Assembly (NCBI GenBank): GCA_050260515.1
Contig: JBLNCI010000040.1
Coordinates: 48,331 to 112,330 of the forward strand
Source: Gemmatimonas sp.
GTDB taxonomy: Bacteria; Pseudomonadota; Alphaproteobacteria; SMXQ01
DNA length: 64,000 nucleotides
Reading direction: 5' to 3'
Shown here: one piece after another, positions 53,457-63,100 of the stretch
How the letters are laid out: every line of letters begins with the position of its first letter
How positions within the stretch are numbered: the stretch's first letter is position 1
Made by a program: the position numbers and the translations under genes
The notes under the pieces: model-generated
Database searches by the model: none
The model's input: the letters and a program-made list of their open reading frames with translations, nothing else
Told to the model about the DNA's origin: nothing

Positions 53457-55403
53457 TCAGGATTTCCGCGCCCCGCGCACCGCCGCCGCGTTCCGCCGCG
53501 CGACCGAGGCGATGCTGAGCGCCGCGAGCGCGATGCCGACCGGGTTGCTCCACAATGTCGGGGCGACGAAGAACAGCCCCGACGCGGCAAGGAGCAGCCG
53601 TTCCCACCACAGGACGCCGAGCCGCGGGTGGCCCTCGCACGCGGCGGCGAGCAGCACGAAGCCGATTGCGGCGGTGACGAAGTCGAGCGCGATCCGCCAC
53701 GGCTCGCCGATCATCAGAAGCGTGGTCGAGATCGCGAACGCGAACGGCACGACGAAGGCGGCCAGCGCGAGCCGCACCGCCGTCATGCTGATGTGCAGCG
53801 GGTTCGTGCCGTGACCGGCGATGGTCGCCGCGGCGTAGGACGCGGCGTGGGTCGGTGGCGTGATCGCGCTCATCGCCGCGAAGCACAGCAGGAACATGTG
53901 CGCGGCGATGTCGGGAAGTCCGACGTTCTGCAAGATCGGGCTCATCAGCGCCGCGCCGATGATGTAGGCGGCCGGGATCGGCATGCCCATGCCGAGGATG
54001 ACGGTCAGCGCGGCGGCTATCGCCAGCGCCCAGAGCATGCTGTCGCCCGTGAAGCCGTACGCGAACGCGGCGAACTTGAGGCCGAAGCCCGTCAGGGTCA
54101 GGCCGGCGACGATGAGCCCGGCGGCGGCACACGCGGCGGTGATCGGCATCATGCGCAGCACGGTGTCGGCGCACGCCCGCAGCAGCGACAGGGCGCCGAA
54201 CCGGGTCTCTCGGCGGGCGCTCGCCATCGCGAGTGCCAGTCCGGTTGCCGCGATCGCGACGTAGGAGGCATCGAACCCGAGCACGACACCGACGATGAGC
54301 GCGACCGTCGGCACCAGGAAGATGCCGCCCTTGCGCAGGTTGGGGCCGAGCTTCGGGATCTCGTCCTCGCGCAGGCGCGGGACGCCGCGGTTCACCGAGT
54401 GGAAGTGCACCTGCGAGTACACGGCGATGTAGTAGAGGATCGCCGGAAGCACGGCGGCGAGCGCTACCTCGCGGTAGGGGATGTCGGCGTACTCGGCCAT
54501 GATGAAGGCGGCGGAGCCCATCACCGGCGGCATGATCGCGCCGCCGGCGGAGGCGGTGAGCTCGATGGCGGCGGCGAGGTTCGCGCCGTAGCCGTGGCGC
54601 CGCATCGCCGGTATCGAGATCGCGCCCGTCGTGACCACGTCGAGCGTCGTCGAGCCCGAGATCGCCCCGTAGAGCCCCGAGGAGATCACCGCGATCTTCG
54701 CGGGCGCGCCGCGGCGGCGGCCGGCGATCAGCGCCGCGAGATCGACGAAGAACGCTCCGCTCCGGGCGAAGCGCATGATCTCGGCGAACAGCACGAACAG
54801 GAACGCGTACTTCGCCGCGGTCTGCAGCGGTAGTCCCAGCAACCCCTCGTCGGTGAGCGCCTCGCCGTCGATGAAGTTGCGGAACACGATCCGCGGGTGA
54901 CCGAGGATTCCGCCGATGTGATGGCCGAGAAGGACGTAGACGATCACGACGACGGTTAGCAGCGCGAAGGCGAGCCCGACGGCGCGTCGGGTCATCTCGA
55001 TGGTCAGCAACACCAGCGCCGAGCCGGCGAGGATGTCCCATGGCGACATCAGGTCGAGGAAGGGAATCCGGTCCTCGACGCGCGCGGCGGCGAGCATGAA
55101 ATAAGCACCGATGACGACGGCGGCGACGGCGAGGGCGCAGTCGTACCACGGTACCCGTCGCGGGTCGGCGCGGGATGACGGCGCGATCATCAGGAAGGAG
55201 AGCGCGAGCGACCCGGTGAGGAAGCTGGTCGCGACGCGCCACAGGCTCACGGTGGGCAGCAGCGCCGCGGCGATGACGTAGACGGTGAGGGCGGCCGAGC
55301 CGAGCGCGAAGGTCCACGCCGGCCAGCCTTCGGGCGCGCGGCGCGCAGCCATCGAGAACCACGTCTCGACACGGAACAGCCGGGCGGGGAATGCGATCGG
55401 CAT
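53457..55403 (-). CDS. TRAP transporter fused permease (DctQ-DctM fusion, TAXI-type architecture)
   Basis: 648 aa and highly hydrophobic with about 16-18 TM helices. The small N-terminal 4-TM module is fused to a 12-TM DctM-like module. No DctP/TAXI-type secreted binding protein is adjacent. Confidence 0.7.
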   Translation of the reverse strand: MPIAFPARLFRVETWFSMAARRAPEGWPAWTFALGSAALTVYVIAAALLPTVSLWRVATSFLTGSLALSFLMIAPSSRADPRRVPWYDCALAVAAVVIGAYFMLAAARVEDRIPFLDLMSPWDILAGSALVLLTIEMTRRAVGLAFALLTVVVIVYVLLGHHIGGILGHPRIVFRNFIDGEALTDEGLLGLPLQTAAKYAFLFVLFAEIMRFARSGAFFVDLAALIAGRRRGAPAKIAVISSGLYGAISGSTTLDVVTTGAISIPAMRRHGYGANLAAAIELTASAGGAIMPPVMGSAAFIMAEYADIPYREVALAAVLPAILYYIAVYSQVHFHSVNRGVPRLREDEIPKLGPNLRKGGIFLVPTVALIVGVVLGFDASYVAIAATGLALAMASARRETRFGALSLLRACADTVLRMMPITAACAAAGLIVAGLTLTGFGLKFAAFAYGFTGDSMLWALAIAAALTVILGMGMPIPAAYIIGAALMSPILQNVGLPDIAAHMFLLCFAAMSAITPPTHAASYAAATIAGHGTNPLHISMTAVRLALAAFVVPFAFAISTTLLMIGEPWRIALDFVTAAIGFVLLAAACEGHPRLGVLWWERLLLAASGLFFVAPTLWSNPVGIALAALSIASVARRNAAAVRGARKS

Positions 55404-55419
55404 GTCGCCCGCCCCGCCG

Positions 55420-56418
55420 TCAGATCCGGCTCTGCTCGAGCGTCGAGGCGGCGAACAGGTCGGCGATCGTCAGCGGGCGCGGCGAAAGTCCCTGGCTGTG
55501 GTGGTAGCGGAGGAAGGCCTCGATCGTGACGCGGTTGGCCTGGACGCCGTACGGCCAGAAGTCGCGGCCGAACAGCGCCGCCGCCTCGTTCGCCATCTCC
55601 TCGACCCACGGCAGCGCGACCGGCGGAATGTTGATGCTGCGCAGCTCGTCGAGGGCCAGGTCCTTCGCCTTGTCGAACGCCTTGTAGATGCTGGCCGGCA
55701 GCCACGGGTACTGCTGGACCTTCGATTCGCGGACGCCGACCAGGTGCATGATCGGGAAGATGCGCGTCTTCGCGTAGTACGCCTTTTCGGCCGACACGAA
55801 GTCCTCGAACAGCCGGGCGATGTTTGGCGTCCGCTTGAGATAGACGCTCGGCGGCCGCGGCGCGATGACGGCATCGAGCTCGCCCGAGGCGAGCATTTCG
55901 GACAGCGTCCGGTCCGACGGGATCAGTTGCAGCTCGACTCCGGCCGGGAGCTTCAGCGCCACCTTCTCGGTGCGGCCCGCCTGCTCCAGCCCGCCGGTGC
56001 GCCAGCGGATGTCCGAGGGCTTCACGGCGTACTCGTCCTCGAGCACGCCCCGCATCCAGACGACGGCGGTCACCTGATACTCGGGAACGCCGACCAGCTT
56101 GCCCTTGAGGTCCTGCGGCTTCGCGATGCCGCGGTCGGTGCGGACGTAGATGCCGGAATGGCGGAACTTGCGGCCGGGGAAGATCGGGATCGCGACGTAC
56201 GGGCACTCGCCGCGGGCGCGCAGCGCGACGTAGTTGGAGAACGACAGCTCGGCGACGTCGAACTCCTCGTGGTGCAGCGCGCGGTGGAACATCTCCTCGG
56301 GCTCGAGGTCGAAGTACGTCGGATCGCAGCCTTCGATGGTCACGCGGCCGTCGAGCAGCGGGCGGGTGCGGTCGTAGTTCGAGAAGGCGACGGTCAGCGG
56401 GACGCGATGCACGGGCAC
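55420..56418 (-). CDS. Cytoplasmic NMT1/THI5-fold protein, 4,5-dihydroxyphthalate decarboxylase (PhtD)-like
   Basis: GTG start at VPVHRVPLTVAFSNYDRTRPLLDGRV. About 332 aa with no signal peptide. The 5' part of the listed 422-aa ORF is Arg/Ser-rich antisense junk overlapping ctaA. The family assignment is from recalled motif similarity and not verified. Confidence 0.4.
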   Translation of the reverse strand: MPVHRVPLTVAFSNYDRTRPLLDGRVTIEGCDPTYFDLEPEEMFHRALHHEEFDVAELSFSNYVALRARGECPYVAIPIFPGRKFRHSGIYVRTDRGIAKPQDLKGKLVGVPEYQVTAVVWMRGVLEDEYAVKPSDIRWRTGGLEQAGRTEKVALKLPAGVELQLIPSDRTLSEMLASGELDAVIAPRPPSVYLKRTPNIARLFEDFVSAEKAYYAKTRIFPIMHLVGVRESKVQQYPWLPASIYKAFDKAKDLALDELRSINIPPVALPWVEEMANEAAALFGRDFWPYGVQANRVTIEAFLRYHHSQGLSPRPLTIADLFAASTLEQSRI

Positions 56419-56434
56419 CTCGGTCAGGTTGGTG

Positions 56435-57526
56435 TCAGGAGTTGGCGGTGAGGTCGAGCACGATGCGCGTGCGCTCCATTTCGATGCGGTACCACTGGAT
56501 CGAGGCGAGCAGGGCGAGCGCTCCGGCCTGGTGCGCGAGGGCGAGCGGAATCGGCACGACGTTGATGAGCGTGAGGATGCCGAGCGTCGGCTGGACGAGC
56601 GCCATGCCGCCAACGTGGTGCAGCGCGACGCGCGCCTTGCGCGGCAGCGGCCGTCGCATCGCCGTGAGCCACACCGCGATTCCGGCAAGTGCCGTGACCA
56701 TGCCGAGCACGCGGTGGTCGAACTGCACCGCGGCGACGTTCTCGAAGAGATTGCGCCACCACGGCTCGAGCATGAGATAGCCGTCCGGCACGAGGCGGCC
56801 GTCCATCAGCGGGAAGGTGTTGTAGGTGAGGCCCGCCTTGAGGCCGGCGACGAACGAGCCTGCGATCGCCGTCACGTAGGCGAGCACGAGGAGGGCGCCG
56901 GCGCGGCGGCGCATGTCGTGCGCGGCGGCCGCCTCGTCGGGTGTCGGCAGCGGCCGGTGGAGCAGCTTCAGCCCGATCGTCAGCAACGACAGGAAGATCA
57001 GCACGCCGACCGCGAAGTGGAGCGCGAGCCGGTAGGCGCTGACCTCGGGACGGTCGACCAGCCCGCTCGCGACCATGAGCCAGCCGATGACCGCCTGGAC
57101 GCCGCCGAGCGCGAAGACCCCGAGCAGGCGCGTCAGCAGCGCGCGCCCGGTATCGCCGCGGAACGCGCCGCGGACCAGGAACACGAGGAACGGGATCAGG
57201 AAGCCGACGCCGATCAGGCGTCCCCACAGGCGATGGACGAACTCGACCCAGAAGATGCGTTTGAACTCGGGAAGCGCCATCCCGTAGTTCAGCATCTGGT
57301 ACTCGGGCGACTGCTGATAGAGGCGGAACGCCTCGTCCCAGGCGCGATCGCTGAGCGGCGGGATCGCCCCGGTGATCGGCTGCCACACGACGATCGACAG
57401 GCCGGATTCGGTCAGCCGCGTGAGCCCGCCGATCAGCACCATGGCCGCCGCCATCGCGGCGAGGGTGAAGATCCAGGCGACGATGACCCGGCGGCGGGGA
57501 TGGTCGTAGGCGGCAAGCGGAAGCAT
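56435..57526 (-). CDS. ctaA: Haem A synthase (CtaA/COX15)
   Basis: Start MLPLAAYDHPRRRVIVAWIF. It has 8 TM helices with conserved His pairs (HRLWGRLIG, HFAVG, HHVGG). Confidence 0.8.
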   Translation of the reverse strand: MLPLAAYDHPRRRVIVAWIFTLAAMAAAMVLIGGLTRLTESGLSIVVWQPITGAIPPLSDRAWDEAFRLYQQSPEYQMLNYGMALPEFKRIFWVEFVHRLWGRLIGVGFLIPFLVFLVRGAFRGDTGRALLTRLLGVFALGGVQAVIGWLMVASGLVDRPEVSAYRLALHFAVGVLIFLSLLTIGLKLLHRPLPTPDEAAAAHDMRRRAGALLVLAYVTAIAGSFVAGLKAGLTYNTFPLMDGRLVPDGYLMLEPWWRNLFENVAAVQFDHRVLGMVTALAGIAVWLTAMRRPLPRKARVALHHVGGMALVQPTLGILTLINVVPIPLALAHQAGALALLASIQWYRIEMERTRIVLDLTANS

Positions 57527-57803
57527 GAGGGCCTCGGAGGGACGGGCTACGGCGCGGTGCCGCCGCAACATATTGAAGAATATGAGGAGTTCGCGTCCGG
57601 CGGAACAGCCCAGCGACACGCCACATATTCACCTAACTGTGATGTAATTTTTCGAATTTCACACCACGTTAATTGACAAATGAGCGGTCGGCGCTAGGAT
57701 ACGCGCCTCTTGGACATTCCGCTCCCCGACCCCGTCGCGGGAGCGTTTTGCGCATTTGCCGCCGCTGCCGTACAAACCCGGCGGCCGTTTTTAGGAGATC
57801 GTC

Positions 57804-59972
57804 ATGTCCCAGTCCACCTCCGCCAACGTGCGCTTCCGTTCGGGGGAGATCGTCGTCGGCACGCAGGCCGCCGAGCCGCTGGCGCGCGTCGAGGACGCGG
57901 CGGAATTCCGCGCGGCCTATGCGCGGAAGGTGTCCGGCGAGTGGGACAACGCGAAGTGGCAGCCGTTCCGCCTCCGCTTCGGCGTCTACGGCCAGCTCCA
58001 GCCCAACGTCCATATGGTGCGCATGAAGGTCCCGGGCGGCGTGCTGCCGTTCGCGTGGGCGCGCGCCGCCGCCGAGGCCGCCCGCCGCTGGGGCAACGGC
58101 AAGGTGCACGTCACCACGCGCCAGGATCTCCAGACCCACTTCGTGAAGCCGGACGACGCTCCGGACATGCTCGACTTCATCTACGCGCGCGGGCTGACGA
58201 CCCGCGAGGCGTGCGGCAACACTCTGCGCAACATGACCTCGTGCCCGCTCGCGGGCGTCTGCCCGAAGGAGCACGTCGACGCGGGCGATCTCGCCGCGCG
58301 GCTCGCGCAGGTGTGGATCCGTCATCCGCTGGTCCAGCACATGCCGCGCAAATTCAAGGTCACGGTGTCGGGCTGCGAGGCCGATTGCGGCGCGAGCGGC
58401 ATCCATGACCTCGGGCTCGTCGCGGTCCGCAAGGACGGCAAGGTCGGCTTCAAGGTCTACGCCGGCGGCGGCACCGGCGGTCAGGCCGTGTCCGCGGTGC
58501 TCGTCAAGGACTTCGCCGAGGAATCGGAGCTGCCGAGCGTCCTCGAGGCGCTGGTGCGGCTGCATCAGAAGTACTCGAACCGCCGCAACCGCAACGCCGC
58601 GCGCATGAAGTTCGTCCTCAAGCGCTTCGGCGAGGAGAAGTTCAAGGCGCTGTTCGACGAGGAGTACGCGCGGGTGCGCGGTCTGCCGACCCGGCCGTGG
58701 GACAAGCTCGCGTTCCGCAAGGGCGACGAATCGCTGCCGCCGCCGGCCTCGCCCGGCGGCGTGGTGACGCGCGACGACGGCCAGATCGGTGTCGTCGTGA
58801 AGGCCCCGCTCGGCATCTACACTTCGGCCGAGCTCGAGCACATCGTTGCGCTCGCCGAAGAGGCGGGGGCCAAGGAGCTGCGCACCACCCGCGACCAGAA
58901 CCTGATCATCGTCGCGCCGAAGCCCGAGCGCACGGCGGAGGTCGTCGACCGCATCCGCACGATGGGCTTCTACGTCGAGAACAAGGCGGGCGACGTGCCC
59001 GACGTCGTCGCCTGCCCGGGCACGACCACCTGCGGCATCGGCATCACCAACTCCCAGAACTTCGGCAAGGAAGTCCAGGACGCGGTGCGCGAGTTCACGA
59101 CGAAGCCGAACCTCACCGTCAAGATCTCCGGGTGCCAGAACGGCTGCGGCCTCCATCATGTCGCCGACTTCGGCTTCCGCGGCATGGGCAAGAAGATCGG
59201 CAGCCGCAACGCGCCGCATTACCAGATCTACATCGGCGGCGACTTCCGCGTCGTCGGCCACATCGGCCTGTCGGGGCCCGTCGTGCCGGCGCGGCTCGCC
59301 GAGAAGGCGCTGCGCCTGATGCTGAAGGGCTACGAGGACGGCCGCGCGAGCGCGACCGAATCGGTGCGCGACTGGGCGTTGCGCGTCGGCAAGGACGGGC
59401 TCAAGGCGCTGGTGAAGCCGATCGAGGCCGAGATCAACCCGGCCGACGAGGGTCTGTTCTTCGACTTCGGCGAGGACTGGGAGTTCTCGCCGCCGGCGGG
59501 CCGCACCTCGGAATGCGCCGCGGGCTTCGCCGACGACGACCTGCAGAAGGACCTTGCCGACGACGCGCTGGTCGACATGGATCGCGCGATCGCCGTCGCC
59601 AACGTGCCCGTGGCGGTGGTCCGCGCGAACGAGGGGCTGCGCTATGCCGCCCAGCGCCTGCGCATCAAGGCCGGCGACCCGGGCAACGAGAGCGACGCCG
59701 AGGACATGGTGCTGGGAGCCATTCGCGCCTATTTCGCCCACGAGGCGGACGTGATCGCGGCGCTCGACGGCTTCGTGAAGGCGCGCGACGCGGCGAAGGC
59801 GAGCCATGACGGCCTGTCGGCCGTCGAGGCGCTGCGCGAGGCCTTGGCGCTGTGGCTCGACACCGTGGCCGAGGTCATCGAGAAGCCGGCGATCCAGCCG
59901 GCGTTCGATCCCGCGATGCTCGGCGACGGCGGCGGCTCGGTTGCGGCCATGCTGCGGGGTAGCGGAGCCTGA
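57804..59972 (+). CDS. Ferredoxin-dependent nitrite/sulfite reductase family hemoprotein (sirohaem-[4Fe-4S]) with ~150-aa C-terminal extension
   Basis: 722 aa with two NiR/SiR half-domains. The cluster/sirohaem ligands are in CPGTTTCGIGITNSQ and ISGCQNGCGLHH. Residues after about 570 have no counterpart in typical 550-590-aa NirA/Sir enzymes. Confidence 0.8.
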   Translation: MSQSTSANVRFRSGEIVVGTQAAEPLARVEDAAEFRAAYARKVSGEWDNAKWQPFRLRFGVYGQLQPNVHMVRMKVPGGVLPFAWARAAAEAARRWGNGKVHVTTRQDLQTHFVKPDDAPDMLDFIYARGLTTREACGNTLRNMTSCPLAGVCPKEHVDAGDLAARLAQVWIRHPLVQHMPRKFKVTVSGCEADCGASGIHDLGLVAVRKDGKVGFKVYAGGGTGGQAVSAVLVKDFAEESELPSVLEALVRLHQKYSNRRNRNAARMKFVLKRFGEEKFKALFDEEYARVRGLPTRPWDKLAFRKGDESLPPPASPGGVVTRDDGQIGVVVKAPLGIYTSAELEHIVALAEEAGAKELRTTRDQNLIIVAPKPERTAEVVDRIRTMGFYVENKAGDVPDVVACPGTTTCGIGITNSQNFGKEVQDAVREFTTKPNLTVKISGCQNGCGLHHVADFGFRGMGKKIGSRNAPHYQIYIGGDFRVVGHIGLSGPVVPARLAEKALRLMLKGYEDGRASATESVRDWALRVGKDGLKALVKPIEAEINPADEGLFFDFGEDWEFSPPAGRTSECAAGFADDDLQKDLADDALVDMDRAIAVANVPVAVVRANEGLRYAAQRLRIKAGDPGNESDAEDMVLGAIRAYFAHEADVIAALDGFVKARDAAKASHDGLSAVEALREALALWLDTVAEVIEKPAIQPAFDPAMLGDGGGSVAAMLRGSGA

Positions 59973-60105
59973 CCCGCGGTCCTATCTAACAGTCGCCCGG
60001 CGCCTCGCGCCGGATCGTTCCCACCGCCCGGCCCGAACCAGCGAAGGGCCGGGCGGCGCCTTACCAAGCGCCCGGCGATTTCGGGCGGAGTTTCCGGAGT
60101 AGCCG

Positions 60106-63100
60106 GTGTCCGAGCTCACCCTGAAGCACGGTCTTCGCTTCGAGGACCTCTACGATCACGCGGGCCTCGCCCGCCTCGACGGGGCGTTCCGCGCCGAGCT
60201 CGCCAAGTCCGATGCCGAGCTTGCCGCGCGTCTCGATGCGGCGCGGGTCGATCCCGACGCGCTGGGCCAGAAGCCCGAGGCCGACCTGCTGCTCGCCGTC
60301 GCGCCGTACTTCGAGGATTTCGTCGCCGATCTGTTCGGCATCCGCGCCGACGTGCAGGCGCTGGCCGAGAAGCACAACGCGCTCGCGCCGCTCTACGCCT
60401 GCAAGCGCCTGTTCGTGCAGCGCCGCGCCGCCAAGGCGGTGAAGGCCGACCAGATCGAGGGCCTCGACGGCCGCGCGCTCGAAGCCGAGCTGCTCGCCGT
60501 GCTCGGCATCGCGACGTTCGACGAGCTCGCGTTCGCGCGGACCGTCATGTCGTGGCTCGACGACGAGCCCGCCCACGAAGCGCCGCTCGCGCTGGCCGCG
60601 CGCTACGCCGCGTGGGCGACGCTGTCGAAGCCCGGCCGCGAGCGCCACGCCGGCAGCGTGCTGTTCCATATTCCGGCGAAGATCGACCCGATCCACCTCG
60701 TGCACGTCGAGAAGACGGAGCGCGACGGCGTCGCCGTGCTCGGGCTGCCGCAGGAGAAGCAGCGTCGCCGCGAGGGCTTCGGCCTGACCGACCCGCGCAT
60801 GGACATGGTGGCGGCGCTCGATCACGCCCACTACTGCATCGTCTGCCACAACCAGGGCAAGGATTCCTGCTCGAAGGGTCTCAAGGACCGCAAGACCGGC
60901 GACTACCAGAAGTCGGCGTTCGGCGTGTCCCTGCCGGGCTGCCCGCTCGACGAGCGCATCTCGGAGATGAACTCGCTCAAGTCCGAGGGCCACGCCATCG
61001 CGGCGCTTGCCGCCGTCGCCATCGACAACCCGATGTGCGCGGCGACCGGGCATCGCATCTGCAACGACTGCATGAAGGCCTGCATCTATCAGAAGCAGGA
61101 GCCGGTCAACATCCCGCAGGTCGAGACGCGCTCGCTCACCGACGTGCTCGATCTGCCGTGGGGCTTCGAGATCTACGCGCTGCTGACGCGGTGGAATCCG
61201 CTCAACCTGCGCCGGCCGTATCCCAAGGTCGAGTCCGGCTACAAGGTGCTGGTCGTCGGCATGGGCCCGGCGGGCTTCACGCTCGCCCATCACCTGCTCA
61301 ACGAGGGCCACGCGGTCGCCGCCATCGACGGCCTCAAGATCGAGCCGCTCGACCCGGTGCTCTCCGGCGTGAAGGCCGACGGCTCGCGCGTGCCGTTCAA
61401 GCCGGTGCGCGACTGGAAGTCGCTGCGCGAGAATCTCGACGACCGCACCATGGCGGGCTTCGGCGGCGTCGCCGAATACGGCATCACCGTCCGCTGGGAC
61501 AAGAACTTCCTCAAGCTGGTGCGCCTGCTGCTCGAGCGCCGCTCGACTTTTGCGCTCTACGGCGGGGTCCGCTTCGGCGGCACCATCACCGTCGAGGACG
61601 CGTTCGCGATGGGGTTCGATCACATAGCGCTGTGCGCCGGCGCCGGCCGTCCGACCTTCATCAGCATGCCCAACGCGCTCGCCCGCGGCGTGCGTCAGGC
61701 CTCCGACTTCCTCATGGGCCTGCAGCTCACCGGCGCGGCCAAGGCCGACTCGATCGCCAATCTCGTCGTGCGGCTGCCGGTGGTCGTCATCGGCGGCGGC
61801 CTCACCGCCATCGACACCGCGACCGAATCGCTCGCCTACTACCCGGTGCAGGTCGAGAAGTTCCTCGCGCGCTACGAGACGCTGATCGCCGAGCGCGGCG
61901 AGGAGGCGGTGCGCGCCCGCTGGACGCCGTCCGAGGCCGAGATCGCCGAGGAGTTCCTCGCCCACGGCCGCGCGATCCGCGCCGAGCGTGAGACTGCGAA
62001 ACGGGACAGCCGTGCGCCGAAGATCCGCGAGCTGTTGCAGTCGTGGGGCGGCGCCACCATCGCCTACCGCCGCTGGCTCACCGACAGCCCGAGCTACACG
62101 CTGAACCACGAGGAAGTGGAGAAGGCGATGGAGGAGGGCATCGTCTTTGCCGAGGGCCTGAGCCCGGTCGAGGTCGAGATCGACGACGCCGGCCACGCCA
62201 AGGCGCTCGAGTGCGCGCGGATGGAGCCCGGCGACGACGGCCGCCTCCAGGACACCGGCACGACGGTGTTCCTGCCGGCGCGCACCATCCTGGTCGCCGC
62301 CGGCACCCAGCCCAACACCGTGCTTGCCCGCGAATCCAACACGCCGATCGCGCTCGACGGCCGCCACTTCCAGGCGGTCGACGAGGACGGCAACTCGGTG
62401 CATCCGGAGCGCTCGGCGAAGCCCGCCAAGACCCACGTGCTGATGGCGGTCGAGCAGGACGGCAAGCGCGTCAGCTTCTTCGGCGACCTGCATCCGTCGT
62501 TCGCCGGCAACGTCGTCAAGGCGATGGCCTCGGCCAAACGCGGCTACCCGGTGGTCAGTCGCACGCTCGCCAGGCGCACGCCCGCGGGCCCGAGTCCGCG
62601 CGAGCTGTTCGCGACCCTCAACCGCGATCTCCGGCCGCGCGTCCACGCCGTCAACCGGCTCACGCCGACGATCATCGAGGTGGTGGTCGAGGCGCCGGCC
62701 GCGGCGCGCGCGTTCCAGCCGGGCCAGTTCTTCCGGCTGCAGAACTTCGAGACCGCGGCGCCGCTGGTCGACGGCACGCGGCTCGCAATGGAAGGCCTGG
62801 CGCTCACCGGTGCCTGGGTCGACCGCGACAGGGGCCTGGTCTCGGTGATCGTGCTCGAGATGGGCGGCTCGTCGGATCTGTGCGCGATGCTGAAGCCCGG
62901 GGAGCCCGTCGTGCTGATGGGCCCGACCGGCACGCCGACCCACACGCCGCCCAAGGAGACCGTGCTGCTGGTCGGCGGCGGCCTCGGCAACGCCGTGCTG
63001 TTCTCGATCGGCAAGGCGCTGCGCGCCGCCGGCTCGAAGGTGCTGTACGTCGCCGGCTACAAGAAGCGCATCGACCGCTACAAGGTCGAGGAGATCGAGG

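Noticed and set aside
55420-56688. Full 422-aa ORF for the PhtD-like gene starting at 56688
   Set aside because: The first ~90 codons are Arg/Ser-rich and lie antisense inside ctaA. A GTG at 56418 gives a compact protein beginning at the conserved VPLTVAFSNYD block without overlapping ctaA.
57620-57803. CRP/FNR-type site TGTGA-N15-TCACA upstream of the nitrite/sulfite reductase gene
   Set aside because: The spacing (15 nt rather than 6) does not fit the CRP/FNR consensus. A plain TTGACA-N17-TAGGAT sigma70-like promoter in the same region is a simpler explanation. It is retained only as a weak possibility.
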